Origin: Candidatus Marinacidobacterium sp.
GTDB taxonomy: Bacteria; Acidobacteriota; Vicinamibacteria; Marinacidobacterales; Marinacidobacteraceae
Reading direction: 5' to 3'
Assembly: GCA_965220965.1 (NCBI GenBank)
Contig: OZ244852.1
Span: forward strand, 1,344,001-1,408,000
Length of the DNA stretch: 64,000 nucleotides
The notes beneath the pieces were generated by a model. It saw only the letters and a program-made list of their open reading frames with translations, was not told the origin of the DNA and made no database searches. Numbering within the stretch: the first letter of the stretch is position 1; each line of letters starts with the position of its first letter. Of the stretch, positions 19,445-28,752 are shown piece by piece. The translations under genes and the position numbers were made by a program.

Positions 19445-20749
19445 ATGCGTCCACAAGCTGCTTTGCTCGTTATCGTCCTGAGCGCCTTCGCTATTCCGGC
19501 GGCGTCCCAGGAGTTGGGAACCTGGGACGAGAGGATCCAGGCGGCCGTCGCCGAACACGAGGCGGCCACCGTCGCCTTCCGCCAGGATGTCCATCAGTTC
19601 CCCGAGCTTGGCAACCGCGAGTTCGAGACCGCCCGGAAGGTCGCGGAGCACCTGCGGGCGCTCGGGTTCGACGAGGTCCGCGAGAAGGTGGCGCACACCG
19701 GCGTCATCGGAGTCCTCCGCGGCGGCCGTCCGGGCCCGGTGGTCGCGGTGCGGGCCGACATGGACGCCCTGCCGGTGACCGAGGACACCGACCTCCCGTT
19801 CGCATCGACGGTGCGAACGGTCTACAACGGGCAGGAAGTCGGCGTCATGCACGCCTGCGGTCACGACATCCACACCGCGGTGCAGTACGGCGTGGCCTCG
19901 GTGCTCGCCGGGATGCGCGAGGACCTGCCGGGGACCGTGCTGTTCATCTTCCAGCCCGCCGAAGAGGGGCCGCCGCCCGGCGAGGAGGGGGGCGCCCGCC
20001 TGATGCTGGAGGAGGGGGCCTTCGACGATCCCCGTCCCCAGGCGGTCTTCGGTCTCCATGCGCTGTCGGGCCTGCCGCTCGGCGTGATCGGTTTCACTTC
20101 AGGGCCGGCGCTCGCCGCGGTGGATCACTTCCGCGCCGAAATCACCGGCGTCCAGACCCACGGCGCCCAGCCGCAGGCGGGCGTGGACCCGGTCGTGATG
20201 GCGGCGCAGGCGATTCTGGGGATCCAGACGATCGCGTCCCGCAACGTCCATCCGCTGGACCCGGTGGTCGTCACCGTCGGGATGGTCCACGGCGGACAGC
20301 GCTTCAACATCATCCCGGAAACGGTGGCGATCGAAGGGACGGTCCGCAGCTACGACCCCGAAGTGCGCGATCTGGTGGAGCGACGCATGGGCGAGGTTCT
20401 GGACGGGATCACCGGTTCGGGCGGCGGGTCCTACTCGCTGCATTACGACCGCGGGTATCCGGCGACGATCAACGACGACGAGCTGACCGCGGAGAGCGTT
20501 CTCACGGTGCGACAGATCGTGGGAGCGGAGAACACCCGGGAACTCGATCCCACGATGGGTGGAGAGGACTTCTCCTACTTCGCGAACGAAGTGCCCGGCT
20601 TCTTCTACCGGCTGGGCGTCCACCGCGAGGGCACGCAGACCGGTCCGCACCACTCGCCGTTCTTCCGGGCGGACGACGCCTCGGTGGCCATCGGGATGCG
20701 CGTCATGTCGAACCTGCTGGTGGACTACCTGCTGCGGAACTCCGACTGA
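19445..20749 (+). CDS. M20D amidohydrolase/peptidase with signal peptide
   Basis: HQFPELG, RADMDALP, MHACGHD, FQPAEEG, GEDF and HHSP motifs. Confidence 0.92.
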   Translation: MRPQAALLVIVLSAFAIPAASQELGTWDERIQAAVAEHEAATVAFRQDVHQFPELGNREFETARKVAEHLRALGFDEVREKVAHTGVIGVLRGGRPGPVVAVRADMDALPVTEDTDLPFASTVRTVYNGQEVGVMHACGHDIHTAVQYGVASVLAGMREDLPGTVLFIFQPAEEGPPPGEEGGARLMLEEGAFDDPRPQAVFGLHALSGLPLGVIGFTSGPALAAVDHFRAEITGVQTHGAQPQAGVDPVVMAAQAILGIQTIASRNVHPLDPVVVTVGMVHGGQRFNIIPETVAIEGTVRSYDPEVRDLVERRMGEVLDGITGSGGGSYSLHYDRGYPATINDDELTAESVLTVRQIVGAENTRELDPTMGGEDFSYFANEVPGFFYRLGVHREGTQTGPHHSPFFRADDASVAIGMRVMSNLLVDYLLRNSD

Positions 20750-22325
20750 GCGGACCGGACTCCCCCGCGCCGACGGACTCTCCGACGACCCGGACCCTCA
20801 CGCGTCGGGCGCCCCCCGGGAGATAGGCGAGCGGGAGATCCTCCCGCTCGACCGTCTCGAGGCGGGCCGGGTCGGCGCCGGCGCGGATCGCCCGGTCGCG
20901 GGCCTCCGACTCCGCCGAATCGAAGGCCTCGTCGCGGGAAATCCCGTGGAAGACCCGGTCCACCTCGCCCCCCACCCGCGCGATCGCGGCCCCGACAGCG
21001 TTCGCCACACCGGCGTGGGGCGTCGTGACCACCCGGGAGACGCCCTCGAGCCGGTCGGGGGCGAGGAACGCGCCGCCGCCCACCACGAGCAGCGGACAGG
21101 CGCGGGCGTCGGGCTTCATCCGGTCCACCGCTTCGGCGATGCTCGCGCGGACCGTCCGGGTAAAGCGCCGGACGGCGTCTGACGGCAGGTCGCGGACGCG
21201 CGCCGGGTCGCCGATCTTCGCCCACCCGGCGGCGACGCCCATGTCGGTTGCGGTCCGGGTGGTCCCGCCGAAGACGAGCCCCTCACGGGCGAGCCGATAG
21301 CCGACGCTCTCGGGGCCCACGATCGAGCCGTCATCGGATACGCGGCTTCCGCCGCCGAGCGCGAGCGAGAGCAGGTCAGGCATGCGGAACAGCGTGCGGA
21401 CTCCCCCGATCTCGACCTCGCGGGGGGCCTCCCGGGGGAACCCGGCGCGCAGCGCGCCGATGTCCGTCGTCGTCCCGCCCACGTCCATCACCACGCCGTC
21501 GCGGGCGCCGGAGAGAAACGCCGCGCCGGTCATGCTGTTCGTCGGGCCGGAGGAGAGGCTCAGCACCGGAAACCGGGCGGCGTCCCGGACCCGGGCGATC
21601 GCGCCATCGTTTTGGGAGATGAACACCGGCGCCCGGCTCCCGGCGGTCGCCACCGCTTCCCCGAAGGCGAGCGCCACCCGCTTCGCCAGCGGCCGAAGCG
21701 CGGCGTTCAGCAGGCCGGCGTTCTCGCGTCCGAGCAGGCCGATCCGGCCGAGGTGGCGGGACTCGGTGATGCGGGCCCTCGGATGGACTTCGCGGAGGAT
21801 CCGGGAGGCGCGGGCCTCGCAGCCGCCGTCGAGAGGGGAAAACACCGCGCTGACCGCGATCTCGCGGAGGCCGGCGTCCCGGATCTTCGCGCCGGCTTCG
21901 GCCACCGCCGCCTCGTCGAGCGGGACGATGGGTCGTCCGTCGCACTCGTGGCCCCCGGCGACGGCGAACACCGGGCCGCGGACGACCTCGGCGCGGGCGT
22001 CCGGCCAGTCGCAGAAAGGCGGGAGCGAGGCGCTCGCCGGAAGGCCGATCCGGACGGCGGCGACGCGCGCCAGGCCGGCCCCGGTGAGGACCGCGTTCGT
22101 GAAGTGGGTCGTGCCGATCACGACCCGCGCGACCGCCCCCGGGTCATCGCCGAGGACGGCGCGCAGGGCGGTGGCCACGCCGGTCGTGACGTCGTCGGTC
22201 GTCGGCGTCTTGATTTCCTGGAGCACGCTCGCGCCGCGCATGAGGACGGCGTCGGTGTGGGTGCCCCCCACGTCCACGCCGACGAGGAGCGGGGCCGCGG
22301 AATCGACCGGCGCGGAGGTGTTCAT
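20703..22325 (-). CDS. Hydantoinase/oxoprolinase A-type protein
   Basis: GVDVGGTHTD, GTTHFTNA, SGPTNS, DVGGTTTD and ANAVGAA motifs. Confidence 0.88.
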   Translation of the reverse strand: MNTSAPVDSAAPLLVGVDVGGTHTDAVLMRGASVLQEIKTPTTDDVTTGVATALRAVLGDDPGAVARVVIGTTHFTNAVLTGAGLARVAAVRIGLPASASLPPFCDWPDARAEVVRGPVFAVAGGHECDGRPIVPLDEAAVAEAGAKIRDAGLREIAVSAVFSPLDGGCEARASRILREVHPRARITESRHLGRIGLLGRENAGLLNAALRPLAKRVALAFGEAVATAGSRAPVFISQNDGAIARVRDAARFPVLSLSSGPTNSMTGAAFLSGARDGVVMDVGGTTTDIGALRAGFPREAPREVEIGGVRTLFRMPDLLSLALGGGSRVSDDGSIVGPESVGYRLAREGLVFGGTTRTATDMGVAAGWAKIGDPARVRDLPSDAVRRFTRTVRASIAEAVDRMKPDARACPLLVVGGGAFLAPDRLEGVSRVVTTPHAGVANAVGAAIARVGGEVDRVFHGISRDEAFDSAESEARDRAIRAGADPARLETVEREDLPLAYLPGGARRVRVRVVGESVGAGESGPLSRSSAAGSPPAGST

Positions 22326-23416
22326 CGGGTCGGGAAGAGCGGGGCGAAATCGAGATCGAACCCGAACGCGCGGGGGCCCACCAGCTCGAGGCCGGCCGGG
22401 GTCTTGAGCGCCGCCGGGCAGTCGAGCGCGATGACCCGGACCCGCTGGCCGTAGGCGATGACCTCGGTCCCGAGCGCCTCGCCGGTGCTCGAGTCCACGA
22501 CGCAGAGGATCTCCGGCGTCATCCCGACGGGCGCTCCGTCCCGGAAGGCGACGGCGAACTCGTTCTGGAAGTGGAGTTCCAGAACGGCGCCCCTGTCCGC
22601 GTCGAGTCCGGCGACTTCGGCCTTCCCCCGCAGAAATCCCCGGGTGGTGCGGCGTTCGATGTCGCGCACCTTCCCGGTGAACAGCGAGAGCCCGCCCTCG
22701 GCGGCGAGCACCGCCTCCACCCGGTCCTCCCCGCGGCGGCGCGCCTCGCGGAGGACGGCGCCGATGCGCAGCGCCCGGGTCACCGACCCGTGGACTGCGT
22801 GGTCCGCGATCTCGCGGCCGGTGCGGGGGGCCTTCGCGGTGGCGGCGATCGAGCCGACCTCGGTCACCGCCACCCGTCCGAGCCGCTCCTGCCATCGCCA
22901 GCTCGCGGCGCGCTCGACGACCACCACGTTATCCCGGACATCGGCGAGGCAGAACGGGTAGTTCCGGAGGCCGGCGATGGCGAACGTCGTCATCTGCGCC
23001 TCGGGGAACGCGCGGCCCATGCAGTCGGCGTCCACTACCGGAAGACCGGTGCGGGAGGCGACGAGGAACGGCTGGAGCGCGTTCGAGCCGCCGATCTCGA
23101 GCGACATGACGGCGGCGAAGTCGCGCCCGAGCCGCTCGGCGAGGATCCGGACCGGTCGCGCCGCGACGTCCGGGTCGGGCAGGCGCTCCTCCCCCACCAG
23201 GGGCGCCCCCATCGTGGAGACGACCGCCACGAAGTCGTCGTCGGCAAGGGCCTCCACCGGAAGGACCCGCGGCCGGAACCCCGACCGCATCGCGGCCCGC
23301 AGATTCAGAAGCGAGTGGTAGGGGTTACCGCCGCCCCCGGCCCCCAGGATCCAGGCGCCGGCGGCGAGGTCCTCGATGTCGACGGGGCCCAGCTCCCGTC
23401 CGGGTCCTGCGGTCAC
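22322..23416 (-). CDS. DUF917 family protein
   Basis: GAGGGG, MGAPLV, EIGGSN, DADCMGRAFPE and FQNE motifs. Confidence 0.85.
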   Translation of the reverse strand: MTAGPGRELGPVDIEDLAAGAWILGAGGGGNPYHSLLNLRAAMRSGFRPRVLPVEALADDDFVAVVSTMGAPLVGEERLPDPDVAARPVRILAERLGRDFAAVMSLEIGGSNALQPFLVASRTGLPVVDADCMGRAFPEAQMTTFAIAGLRNYPFCLADVRDNVVVVERAASWRWQERLGRVAVTEVGSIAATAKAPRTGREIADHAVHGSVTRALRIGAVLREARRRGEDRVEAVLAAEGGLSLFTGKVRDIERRTTRGFLRGKAEVAGLDADRGAVLELHFQNEFAVAFRDGAPVGMTPEILCVVDSSTGEALGTEVIAYGQRVRVIALDCPAALKTPAGLELVGPRAFGFDLDFAPLFPTR

Positions 23417-23450
23417 CGGGTGGGCATCCTGGGCGGAGGGGGCGCGATGC

Positions 23451-25037
23451 TCAACGACCGTTCAGGAAGCGGGTCGCCACCCCCGCGCCAAAGCTCGTCA
23501 GCGCGCTCCCGGCGATGAGCCCCCCGGCGATGATGTAGCGCGGGCCGTCCCAGCGGGCGCCGACGCGGCGCGCCATCACCCACCGCGCGGCGAGCGCGGC
23601 CAGCGCGGTCCAGCCGGCCACCGGATTCAGGATGAGCAGGCCGGTCGCGAACAGCACGCCGAGTTGGCGCGCCGGGCCTCCGACCGCCTGGAGCAGCGCT
23701 CCCGGGATGGCCCACAGCGCGAGTCGGGAGGCGAGTTCAGGATCCGCGCCGGCGGTGACGGTCGCCGCGACGACCCGGGCATAGGGAGGGAAGAGGTCCC
23801 CTTCGAAGTAGGTCGCGCAGGTGAGCAGCACGAGTCCGGCCCCGACGAGCAGACCGAAGACCTCGGCCATCCGCTGGGCCCGCCGCCCGGCGAGTTCGTA
23901 CTCCGGATCGCGCCCTTCCCCGCGCAGGATCCAGCCGGCCTTCAGGTCGTAGCCCATGTCGGCGAACGCCGGCCCGGTGGAGGAAGCGAAGCCGGCGAGC
24001 AGCACGAGCGCCAGCGGCGGGAATCCCAGAACCATCCCGAGCAGCAGGAACACCAGCGAGGTCGCGAACGCCGGGAACCATCCCGAGTGCATGGCCGAGA
24101 CTCCGACGAGGAGCTCGGACACGAGCGCCGCCACCGCAGCGAACGCCGCGAAGCCCGCGGCGCCGGCGAGCCCCATCCCGGTCGCCAGCCCGGTGAGCGC
24201 CGCGAGCAGCGCCGCCGCGCCGGCGAAGGCGGAGAACCCGAAACCGAAGACGGGGAGGCCGGGGGCGGGGAGCGCTTCACCGGCTGAACCCGGAGACCTC
24301 CGTTCCCGGACCCCCCGCACCATGGTCCACAGCGCCACCGCCCCGGCCCCGATCATCACGCCGTGCGGCGCATGGATCGCCGCCAGATCGAGGTCCGCCA
24401 CCACCGGGGCGTAGCCGCGCACCAGCAGCCCCAGCCCGAACATGAGGAGCGCCGCCTGGTTCCCGATCCAGCAGACGCCCACGATGTCGGTCGGCAACCC
24501 GAGGAGCCGGCCGGCCGCCCCCGCGGCGCCGCCGGCGAGGAGCAGCCGCGCGCGCCGCCCGCCCTCGTCTCCGGCGCGCAGGCACTCCGCGGTGGCGATC
24601 CCGCTCGGCCACAGCCCCTCGGCGGGAAAGGGTCGCGTCCCGAAGACGCGGTAGAGCATCGCGATGTCGAACAGCGCGCCGAGCACGGCCCCCAGGACCA
24701 TCGCCGGGACGAGGTCCGGCCTTCCGAAGAGCCACACCATCGAGGCGGGCAACAGCACCGCGTTCGCCCCGCCGAAGGCGGCCGCCGAGATGACCGTCTG
24801 GAGCAGGTTCTGCCGCGCGGTGCTGCGCAGGCGGCGGGTCCAGACGAGCGGAATCCGGCCGGCGGCGATTGCGATGACCGCCCCGATGATCGAGCTGTTG
24901 GGAGTGATGCCGACGCGGGTCAGGAGCTCCATCCCGACGACTGCGCCGAGGAGCGCCAGCCCCGCCGCGAAGACGAGGGTGACGGGTTCGAAGAGGCTTG
25001 GATGCCGGCGGGAGTCGGCGCTTGTCTCCGGAGACAC
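23451..25037 (-). CDS. OPT/YSL-family membrane transporter
   Basis: GITPNSSIIGA, QNLLQT, WPSGIATAE, MHSGWFPAF and DMGYDLKAG motifs; many TM helices. Confidence 0.75.
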   Translation of the reverse strand: MSPETSADSRRHPSLFEPVTLVFAAGLALLGAVVGMELLTRVGITPNSSIIGAVIAIAAGRIPLVWTRRLRSTARQNLLQTVISAAAFGGANAVLLPASMVWLFGRPDLVPAMVLGAVLGALFDIAMLYRVFGTRPFPAEGLWPSGIATAECLRAGDEGGRRARLLLAGGAAGAAGRLLGLPTDIVGVCWIGNQAALLMFGLGLLVRGYAPVVADLDLAAIHAPHGVMIGAGAVALWTMVRGVRERRSPGSAGEALPAPGLPVFGFGFSAFAGAAALLAALTGLATGMGLAGAAGFAAFAAVAALVSELLVGVSAMHSGWFPAFATSLVFLLLGMVLGFPPLALVLLAGFASSTGPAFADMGYDLKAGWILRGEGRDPEYELAGRRAQRMAEVFGLLVGAGLVLLTCATYFEGDLFPPYARVVAATVTAGADPELASRLALWAIPGALLQAVGGPARQLGVLFATGLLILNPVAGWTALAALAARWVMARRVGARWDGPRYIIAGGLIAGSALTSFGAGVATRFLNGR

Positions 25038-25055
25038 GAGGCGCCGCCGCCAGCG

Positions 25056-25787
25056 TCAGGCGGACGGCCTGTCGAACCCGCCCGTCGCGGCGAGCGGATC
25101 CTCGCGGCCGCCCTCGCAGAGCGCGTGGATGCGCCGGGCCAGTTCCCGGGCGAGCTCCTCGCGGGCGAGAACGACCGGCTTGCCGGTGGCGCCCTCCACT
25201 TCCCGCGCCAGGGCGCCGGTGTAGCCGAGGCAGTTCAGGCCGATCACGTCCGCGTCCCGGAAGGCGTCCGCAACCTCCATTACGCCATGGACTTCCGCGT
25301 AGGGCGAGAACGACGCGACGACGACCGGGGCGCCGGCTGGAACCCTCCGGCGGGCGTCGTCTTCCTGGCGGGGCTCGGGGATCAGCATGCCGACCGTGGC
25401 GCCCGCCGGGCAGGCGGCGGCGAGCGCGGCGTCGAACGCCGCTCCGGCCTTCACCAGCCAGGGACGTTCGCGCACGCCGGTGAACGGGCCGGTGCAGAGG
25501 ATGGCGGCCAGGGCTCCGGCCGGAACCTCGTCGACCAGGGCCTTAATGCGTTCCTCGAGGAATCCCTCCCCGAGGATGACCTCCTCGCCGGAGGTCAGGC
25601 GGGACACGAGCGGCATCTCCCCGTTCCGCGGCCCCCCGGCCGCGACCTCCGCGCGGGACAGACCGTCGAGCGCGCCCCGCTCCACCGGGACGACCGCCTC
25701 GGCGGCGCTCCCGAGAAAACCGAGCACCTCCGGCGTGACGTCGGGTCGGGGCGCCTCCCCGATGGTCAGGAAGTGGACAGGCCGCAT
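25056..25787 (-). CDS. AroM family protein (Asp/Glu racemase-like fold)
   Basis: TIGEAPRPD, GALDGL, LCTG, SPY and LNCLGY motifs. Confidence 0.8.
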   Translation of the reverse strand: MRPVHFLTIGEAPRPDVTPEVLGFLGSAAEAVVPVERGALDGLSRAEVAAGGPRNGEMPLVSRLTSGEEVILGEGFLEERIKALVDEVPAGALAAILCTGPFTGVRERPWLVKAGAAFDAALAAACPAGATVGMLIPEPRQEDDARRRVPAGAPVVVASFSPYAEVHGVMEVADAFRDADVIGLNCLGYTGALAREVEGATGKPVVLAREELARELARRIHALCEGGREDPLAATGGFDRPSA

Positions 25788-25847
25788 GAGATGGTCAGCG
25801 TACCCGGTCGGGGATGGGATCCGGCCGCCCGCTCCCTACCGATCACC

Positions 25848-26759
25848 TCACGGGTCCGTGATGCGGGTATAGGCCTCCGGACGGCGGTGGCGGCCGAAGT
25901 CGAAGACGTGGCGCCGGTGGTCCGCCCCCAGATCGAGGTCGCAGTCGTGGATGATCAGCTCGTCACCTTCGGTCGAGGCCTCGGCCACGATGTCTCCGGT
26001 CGGCGAGACGATCGCGGAGCCGGCGATGAGCCGGTTGCCGTCCTCCTCGCCGCACTTGGCGGCGGCCACCACCCAGGTGGCGTTCTGGTAGGCGCCCGCC
26101 TGGAGCGACAGGCGGTGGTGGAACATGCGGAGGTGGGCCGGCTCCCGGTGGTGGATGTTGAACTCCGGGGTGTTGTAGCCGAGCGCGACGAGCTCCACGC
26201 CCTGAAGTCCGAGCACCCGCCAGGTCTCCGGCCAGCGGCGGTCGTTGCAGATGCACATGCCGACGACGCCCGAGAACGCCCGCCACACCGGGAAGCCCAG
26301 GTTCCCGACCTCGAAGTAGCGCTTTTCGAGATGCTGGAAGGGAGCGTTCGGCAGGTGCTCCTCGTGTCCCGGGAGATGGATCTTGCGGTACCGGCCCACG
26401 ATTTCGCCCGAGGGGCCGACGAGGATCGCGGTGTTGAACCGCCGCTGGCGGCCCTCCTCCTCGACGAGTTCGGCATAGCCGAGATGGAAGCCGACCCCGT
26501 GGCGCGCCGCGGCCTCGAACAGCGGGCGGGTCTCCGGTCCCGGCATGGAGGTCTCGAAGAACGGGTCCGTCGCCGCGATATCCGGATAGAAGACCCGGGG
26601 GAAGAAGGTGGTGAGCGTGAGCTCGGGAAACACGACGAACCCGCAGCCGGCGGCGGCGGCCCGCTCGAAGAGCGCCAGGAGGCGCTCCACGACCTCTTCA
26701 CGCCGCTCGGCGGCCTGGATCCCGCCAACCTGCGCGGCGGCCACCCGAAGTACTCGCAT
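25848..26759 (-). CDS. N-carbamoyl-D-amino-acid amidohydrolase (nitrilase superfamily)
   Basis: FPELTLTTFFPR, YRKIHLPGH, LEKRYF, ICNDRRWPE and GYNTP motifs. Confidence 0.92.
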   Translation of the reverse strand: MRVLRVAAAQVGGIQAAERREEVVERLLALFERAAAAGCGFVVFPELTLTTFFPRVFYPDIAATDPFFETSMPGPETRPLFEAAARHGVGFHLGYAELVEEEGRQRRFNTAILVGPSGEIVGRYRKIHLPGHEEHLPNAPFQHLEKRYFEVGNLGFPVWRAFSGVVGMCICNDRRWPETWRVLGLQGVELVALGYNTPEFNIHHREPAHLRMFHHRLSLQAGAYQNATWVVAAAKCGEEDGNRLIAGSAIVSPTGDIVAEASTEGDELIIHDCDLDLGADHRRHVFDFGRHRRPEAYTRITDP

Positions 26760-26816
26760 CGGCGAAATGCTAAGCGGTCCTCGGTCGAACGGCGTCGTCG
26801 CCACATAATCGCGGGG

Positions 26817-28517
26817 ATGGTGTTCCCGACCCGCGCCGCGCTCCGCCGCGCCCGAACCCCCGCCCTCCTCGGGCTCGCGACCCTCGCCGTCCTGTCCCGC
26901 TGCGCCGAACCGGCGCCCCCCGCGGACCCGGCGCCGCCCAACTTCCTCGTCATCATGGCCGACGACCTCGGATACACCGACCTGGGAGCGTTCGGCGGCG
27001 AGATCCGCACGCCGAACCTGGATGCGCTGGCGGGACGCGGACTGCGGTTCACCAGCTTCTACACCGCCGCCACCTGTTCCCCGACGCGGGCGATGCTGCT
27101 GTCCGGAGTGGATCACCATCTCGCCGGACTCGGCGGGATGGCGAGCCTGATGGGCGAGGACCTGAGGGGACGGGTGGGCTACGAGGGCTTCCTGAACGAG
27201 CACGTCTTCCACCTGCCCCAGGTTCTCCGCGACGCCGGCTACTTCACCGCGATCGCCGGGAAGTGGCACCTCGGAGACGCCCCGGAGCACAGCCCGCCGG
27301 AGCGGGGCTTCGACCGGTCCTTCGTCCTGCTCAGCGGGGCGGCGAGCCACTTCGAGGACGCCGCCCCGGTGGACACCCTCGACGAGATCGTCTACCGGCG
27401 CGACGGGGAGGTCGCGGGACCGCTGCCCGAAGGGTTCTACTCGACGCGGTTCCACACCGACGAACTCATTTCGTACATCGACGAAGCCGCCGGTCGCGGC
27501 CAGCCCTTCTTCGCGGTGGCGACCTACACCGCGCCCCACTGGCCGCTCCAGGTTCCCGACGAGTTCCTGGACCTCTACGACGGGGTCTACGACGATGGCT
27601 GGGAAGCCCTCGCCCGACGACGGGTCGCGGGGGCGAAGCGGACGGGGATCCTTGGCGCCGACGTCGAGGTTCCTCCCCTGCCCGACTACGCCCGCCGCTG
27701 GGACGACCTGGGTCCCGACGAGCAGCGCGTCGAAGCGCGCAAGATGGAGCTCTACGCGGCGATGGTGGAGCGGCTGGACCACCACGTCGGACGGCTGGTG
27801 GCCCACCTGGAGGCGACGGGGCGGCTCGGGGACACGATCATCCTGTTCTTTTCGGACAACGGCGCGGCGGGAGAGAACGTCTTCGGGCTGGCCGACAACG
27901 AGACCTTCCTGCGGGAGCGGTTCGACCTATCGGAAGAAGCGATGGGCCGCATGGGTTCGTTCGTCTGGTACGGCCCGGAATGGGCGCACGCCGGGACCGC
28001 GCCGTACCGCTACTTCAAGCAGTTCGTCCACGAAGGCGGCATCCGGGTCCCGGGCTTCGCCGTGGTCCCGGAGCGCTGGGCGCCGGCGGCGGCCGGAGCG
28101 GTCAGCGGCGAGTTCGTCCGGGTCACGGACATCTTTCCCACCGTGCTCGACTTCGCCGGCATCGAGGTCCCCTCGGCGCCCGACCGGATCGGCCCGACCG
28201 GACGGTCGCTCGCCCCTCTGCTCACCGGAGCTCCAACCGGGCCCGCCGTCGAGCCGGAGGAAGGCTGGGAGATCTTCGGCCGTCGGGCGTTCCGGCGGGG
28301 CCCGTGGAAGGCGGTCTGGCTCGCGCCTCCGCTGGGAGACGCGGCGTGGGCGCTCTACAACCTGGAGGAGGATCCGGGAGAGCTGCGTGACCTGGCCGCC
28401 GAGCGGCCGGAGATCCTCGAGGATCTCCTCGAGGGGTGGGACCGCTACGTCGACGAAGCGGGCGTCATCGTGACCGGGGACGACCGCGGCTTCGGCAAGC
28501 CGGTCCGGCTCCGCTAG
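26817..28517 (+). CDS. Arylsulfatase (Cys-type), probably exported
   Basis: DDLGY, CSPTRAMLLSG, GKWHLG, APHWP, SDNG and EGGIRVP motifs. Confidence 0.92.
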   Translation: MVFPTRAALRRARTPALLGLATLAVLSRCAEPAPPADPAPPNFLVIMADDLGYTDLGAFGGEIRTPNLDALAGRGLRFTSFYTAATCSPTRAMLLSGVDHHLAGLGGMASLMGEDLRGRVGYEGFLNEHVFHLPQVLRDAGYFTAIAGKWHLGDAPEHSPPERGFDRSFVLLSGAASHFEDAAPVDTLDEIVYRRDGEVAGPLPEGFYSTRFHTDELISYIDEAAGRGQPFFAVATYTAPHWPLQVPDEFLDLYDGVYDDGWEALARRRVAGAKRTGILGADVEVPPLPDYARRWDDLGPDEQRVEARKMELYAAMVERLDHHVGRLVAHLEATGRLGDTIILFFSDNGAAGENVFGLADNETFLRERFDLSEEAMGRMGSFVWYGPEWAHAGTAPYRYFKQFVHEGGIRVPGFAVVPERWAPAAAGAVSGEFVRVTDIFPTVLDFAGIEVPSAPDRIGPTGRSLAPLLTGAPTGPAVEPEEGWEIFGRRAFRRGPWKAVWLAPPLGDAAWALYNLEEDPGELRDLAAERPEILEDLLEGWDRYVDEAGVIVTGDDRGFGKPVRLR

Positions 28518-28748
28518 CAGTCCGTTGATAAAGTCGCGTGCAGCGCCGAGAGCGGTGAGGCGCCCGGCCGACAAGGCGCGTGAGCGAGGGCCCCTACCGG
28601 GAGAACCGGCATCGGGATGCCGAATGAAACGCAACGATGAGCGCCCCGAAGGGGCGTGGTTCGGGCGGGGCCAGTTCTCCCGGTGGGGGCCATCGCCGCT
28701 CGAGCCCCTACCGGGAGAACCGGGCCGCGGGACTTTGTCAACGGGCTG
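28518..28748 (-). mobile_element. MITE copy 2 (231 bp, inverted, with internal insertions)
   Basis: Reverse complement of 204-383; perfect CTAG duplication at 28514-28517 and 28749-28752; extra CCCTACCGGGAGAACCGG sub-repeats. Confidence 0.88.
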
Positions 28749-28752
28749 CTAG

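Noticed and set aside
24363-28517. 1384-aa ORF as a single giant protein
   Set aside because: Only 26817-28517 is the sulfatase; the upstream part is antisense to real genes and open because of high GC
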